Source: an uncultured Spirochaetia bacterium
GTDB lineage: Bacteria > Spirochaetota > UBA6919
Reading direction: 5' to 3'
NCBI GenBank assembly: GCA_913053665.1
Contig: CAJXGR010000001.1
Coordinates: 1 to 35,385 of the forward strand
DNA: 35,385 nt
The position numbers and the translations under genes are program-made. Below are positions 34,839-35,385 of the stretch, piece by piece. The stretch's first letter is position 1. Each line of letters starts with the position of its first letter. Below the pieces are notes generated by a model, which was not told the DNA's origin, did no database searches, and saw nothing but the letters and a program-made list of their open reading frames with translations.

Positions 34839-35123
34839 TTGTTAATAGAAGGACTGATTTGGCTTGATGAGATTATTGAAAAACTGATCTGGAAACATCA
34901 TGTCCAGCAAAGTGAAGTGGGTGAAATTCTAAGCAACAACCCCCATTTTCGTTTTGTTGAAAAAGGACATCATCAAGGGGAAGATGTTTATGCCGCTTTA
35001 GGACAAACCCTGGGGGGACGTTATCTCATTGTTTTCTTTGTGTATAAGAAAGATAAGCATATATTGATTTTATCAGCACGAGACATGACTCCTGCTGAAA
35101 GGAGACGGTATGAACAAAAGTAA
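34839..35123 (+). CDS. brnT: BrnT-family (DUF497-like) type II toxin
   Basis: TTG start. ..KHHV..SEVGEIL...ALGQTLGGRYLIVFF......ILSARDMTPAERRRYEQ matches the BrnT-like core and the SAR.MT..ERR.Y tail. Overlaps the downstream antitoxin gene by 14 nt. Confidence 0.65.
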   Translation: MLIEGLIWLDEIIEKLIWKHHVQQSEVGEILSNNPHFRFVEKGHHQGEDVYAALGQTLGGRYLIVFFVYKKDKHILILSARDMTPAERRRYEQK

Positions 35124-35370
35124 AAATATATCTAAAGGGAAAACTTATAAGGAAATAGGAGACTATTGGGATCGTCACGATCTGTCTGAAGTTTGGGACA
35201 AAACTCGGGAGGTGGATTTTGAACTGTCTCTAAAATCAGAACTTACCTACTATTCCTTAGACAAAGTCTTATCCGATGAGATCCAAAGTATGGCACGAAA
35301 AAGAGGGGTTTCAGCGGATACACTTATTAATTTGTGGCTACAGGAAAAGCTTATGGAGCAAAAGAAATAA
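35110..35370 (+). CDS. brnA: BrnA / CopG-type antitoxin
   Basis: YWDRHDLSEVWDKTREVDFEL followed by the ribbon-helix-helix-like YSLDKVLSDEIQSMARKRGVSADTLINLWLQEKL. This is the typical partner gene immediately after brnT. Confidence 0.6.
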   Translation: MNKSKNISKGKTYKEIGDYWDRHDLSEVWDKTREVDFELSLKSELTYYSLDKVLSDEIQSMARKRGVSADTLINLWLQEKLMEQKK

Positions 35371-35385
35371 TTCATATGGGTTAGT

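Noticed and set aside
1-35385. Searched for CRISPR arrays, tRNA/rRNA genes, transposases/integrases, IS terminal repeats, and known defence modules (RM, Abi, CBASS, retron-type RT)
   Set aside because: I saw no periodic direct repeats with unique spacers and no cloverleaf-like or rRNA-like conserved stretches. No ORF has DDE, tyrosine or serine recombinase, RT, nuclease-helicase or methyltransferase motifs. Only the BrnT/BrnA pair qualifies as a defence- or addiction-type module.

Overview
AT-rich bacterial chromosomal segment from a diderm organism; an outer-membrane beta-barrel gene and an LptD/OstA-like gene are present. Shine-Dalgarno usage, lipobox style and a Leptospira-type LRR protein (C-terminus KKLLPKCVIYF) hint at a spirochete/Leptospirales-like lineage, but this is a low-confidence guess. 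Three blocks are visible. (1) 0.2-17.2 kb is mostly + strand: a PyrE-like phosphoribosyltransferase is coupled to a UPF0104 membrane protein. Seven consecutive genes for exported proteins of unknown function follow, including a hyper-cationic 84-aa secreted peptide. After these come an SDR epimerase coupled to a HEAT-repeat lipoprotein, and a glycosyltransferase pair. (2) 17.3-31.6 kb is a ten-gene co-directional minus-strand array: parB-like, murD, ftsW, ftsQ, ftsA, ftsZ, TPR protein, pyk, lptD-like, tgt. It is a reduced dcw cluster headed by a ParB-like protein. (3) 31.7-35.4 kb is + strand: a GAF-PAS-pseudoreceiver-STAS signalling protein, a small LRR protein and a BrnT/BrnA toxin-antitoxin pair. 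I found no CRISPR array, rRNA/tRNA gene, transposase, integrase or recognisable defence system other than the TA pair. The most unusual items are the secreted (KKRR)n peptide and an inverted (CACNGAGN)x3 repeat pair flanking back-to-back promoters. Others are a probable ATT start for pyruvate kinase, a T9/A9 homopolymer that breaks the ftsQ 5' end, an orphan + strand terminator in an all-minus region, and the degenerate two-component/STAS protein. All functional calls rest on motifs read by eye; no database search was possible.
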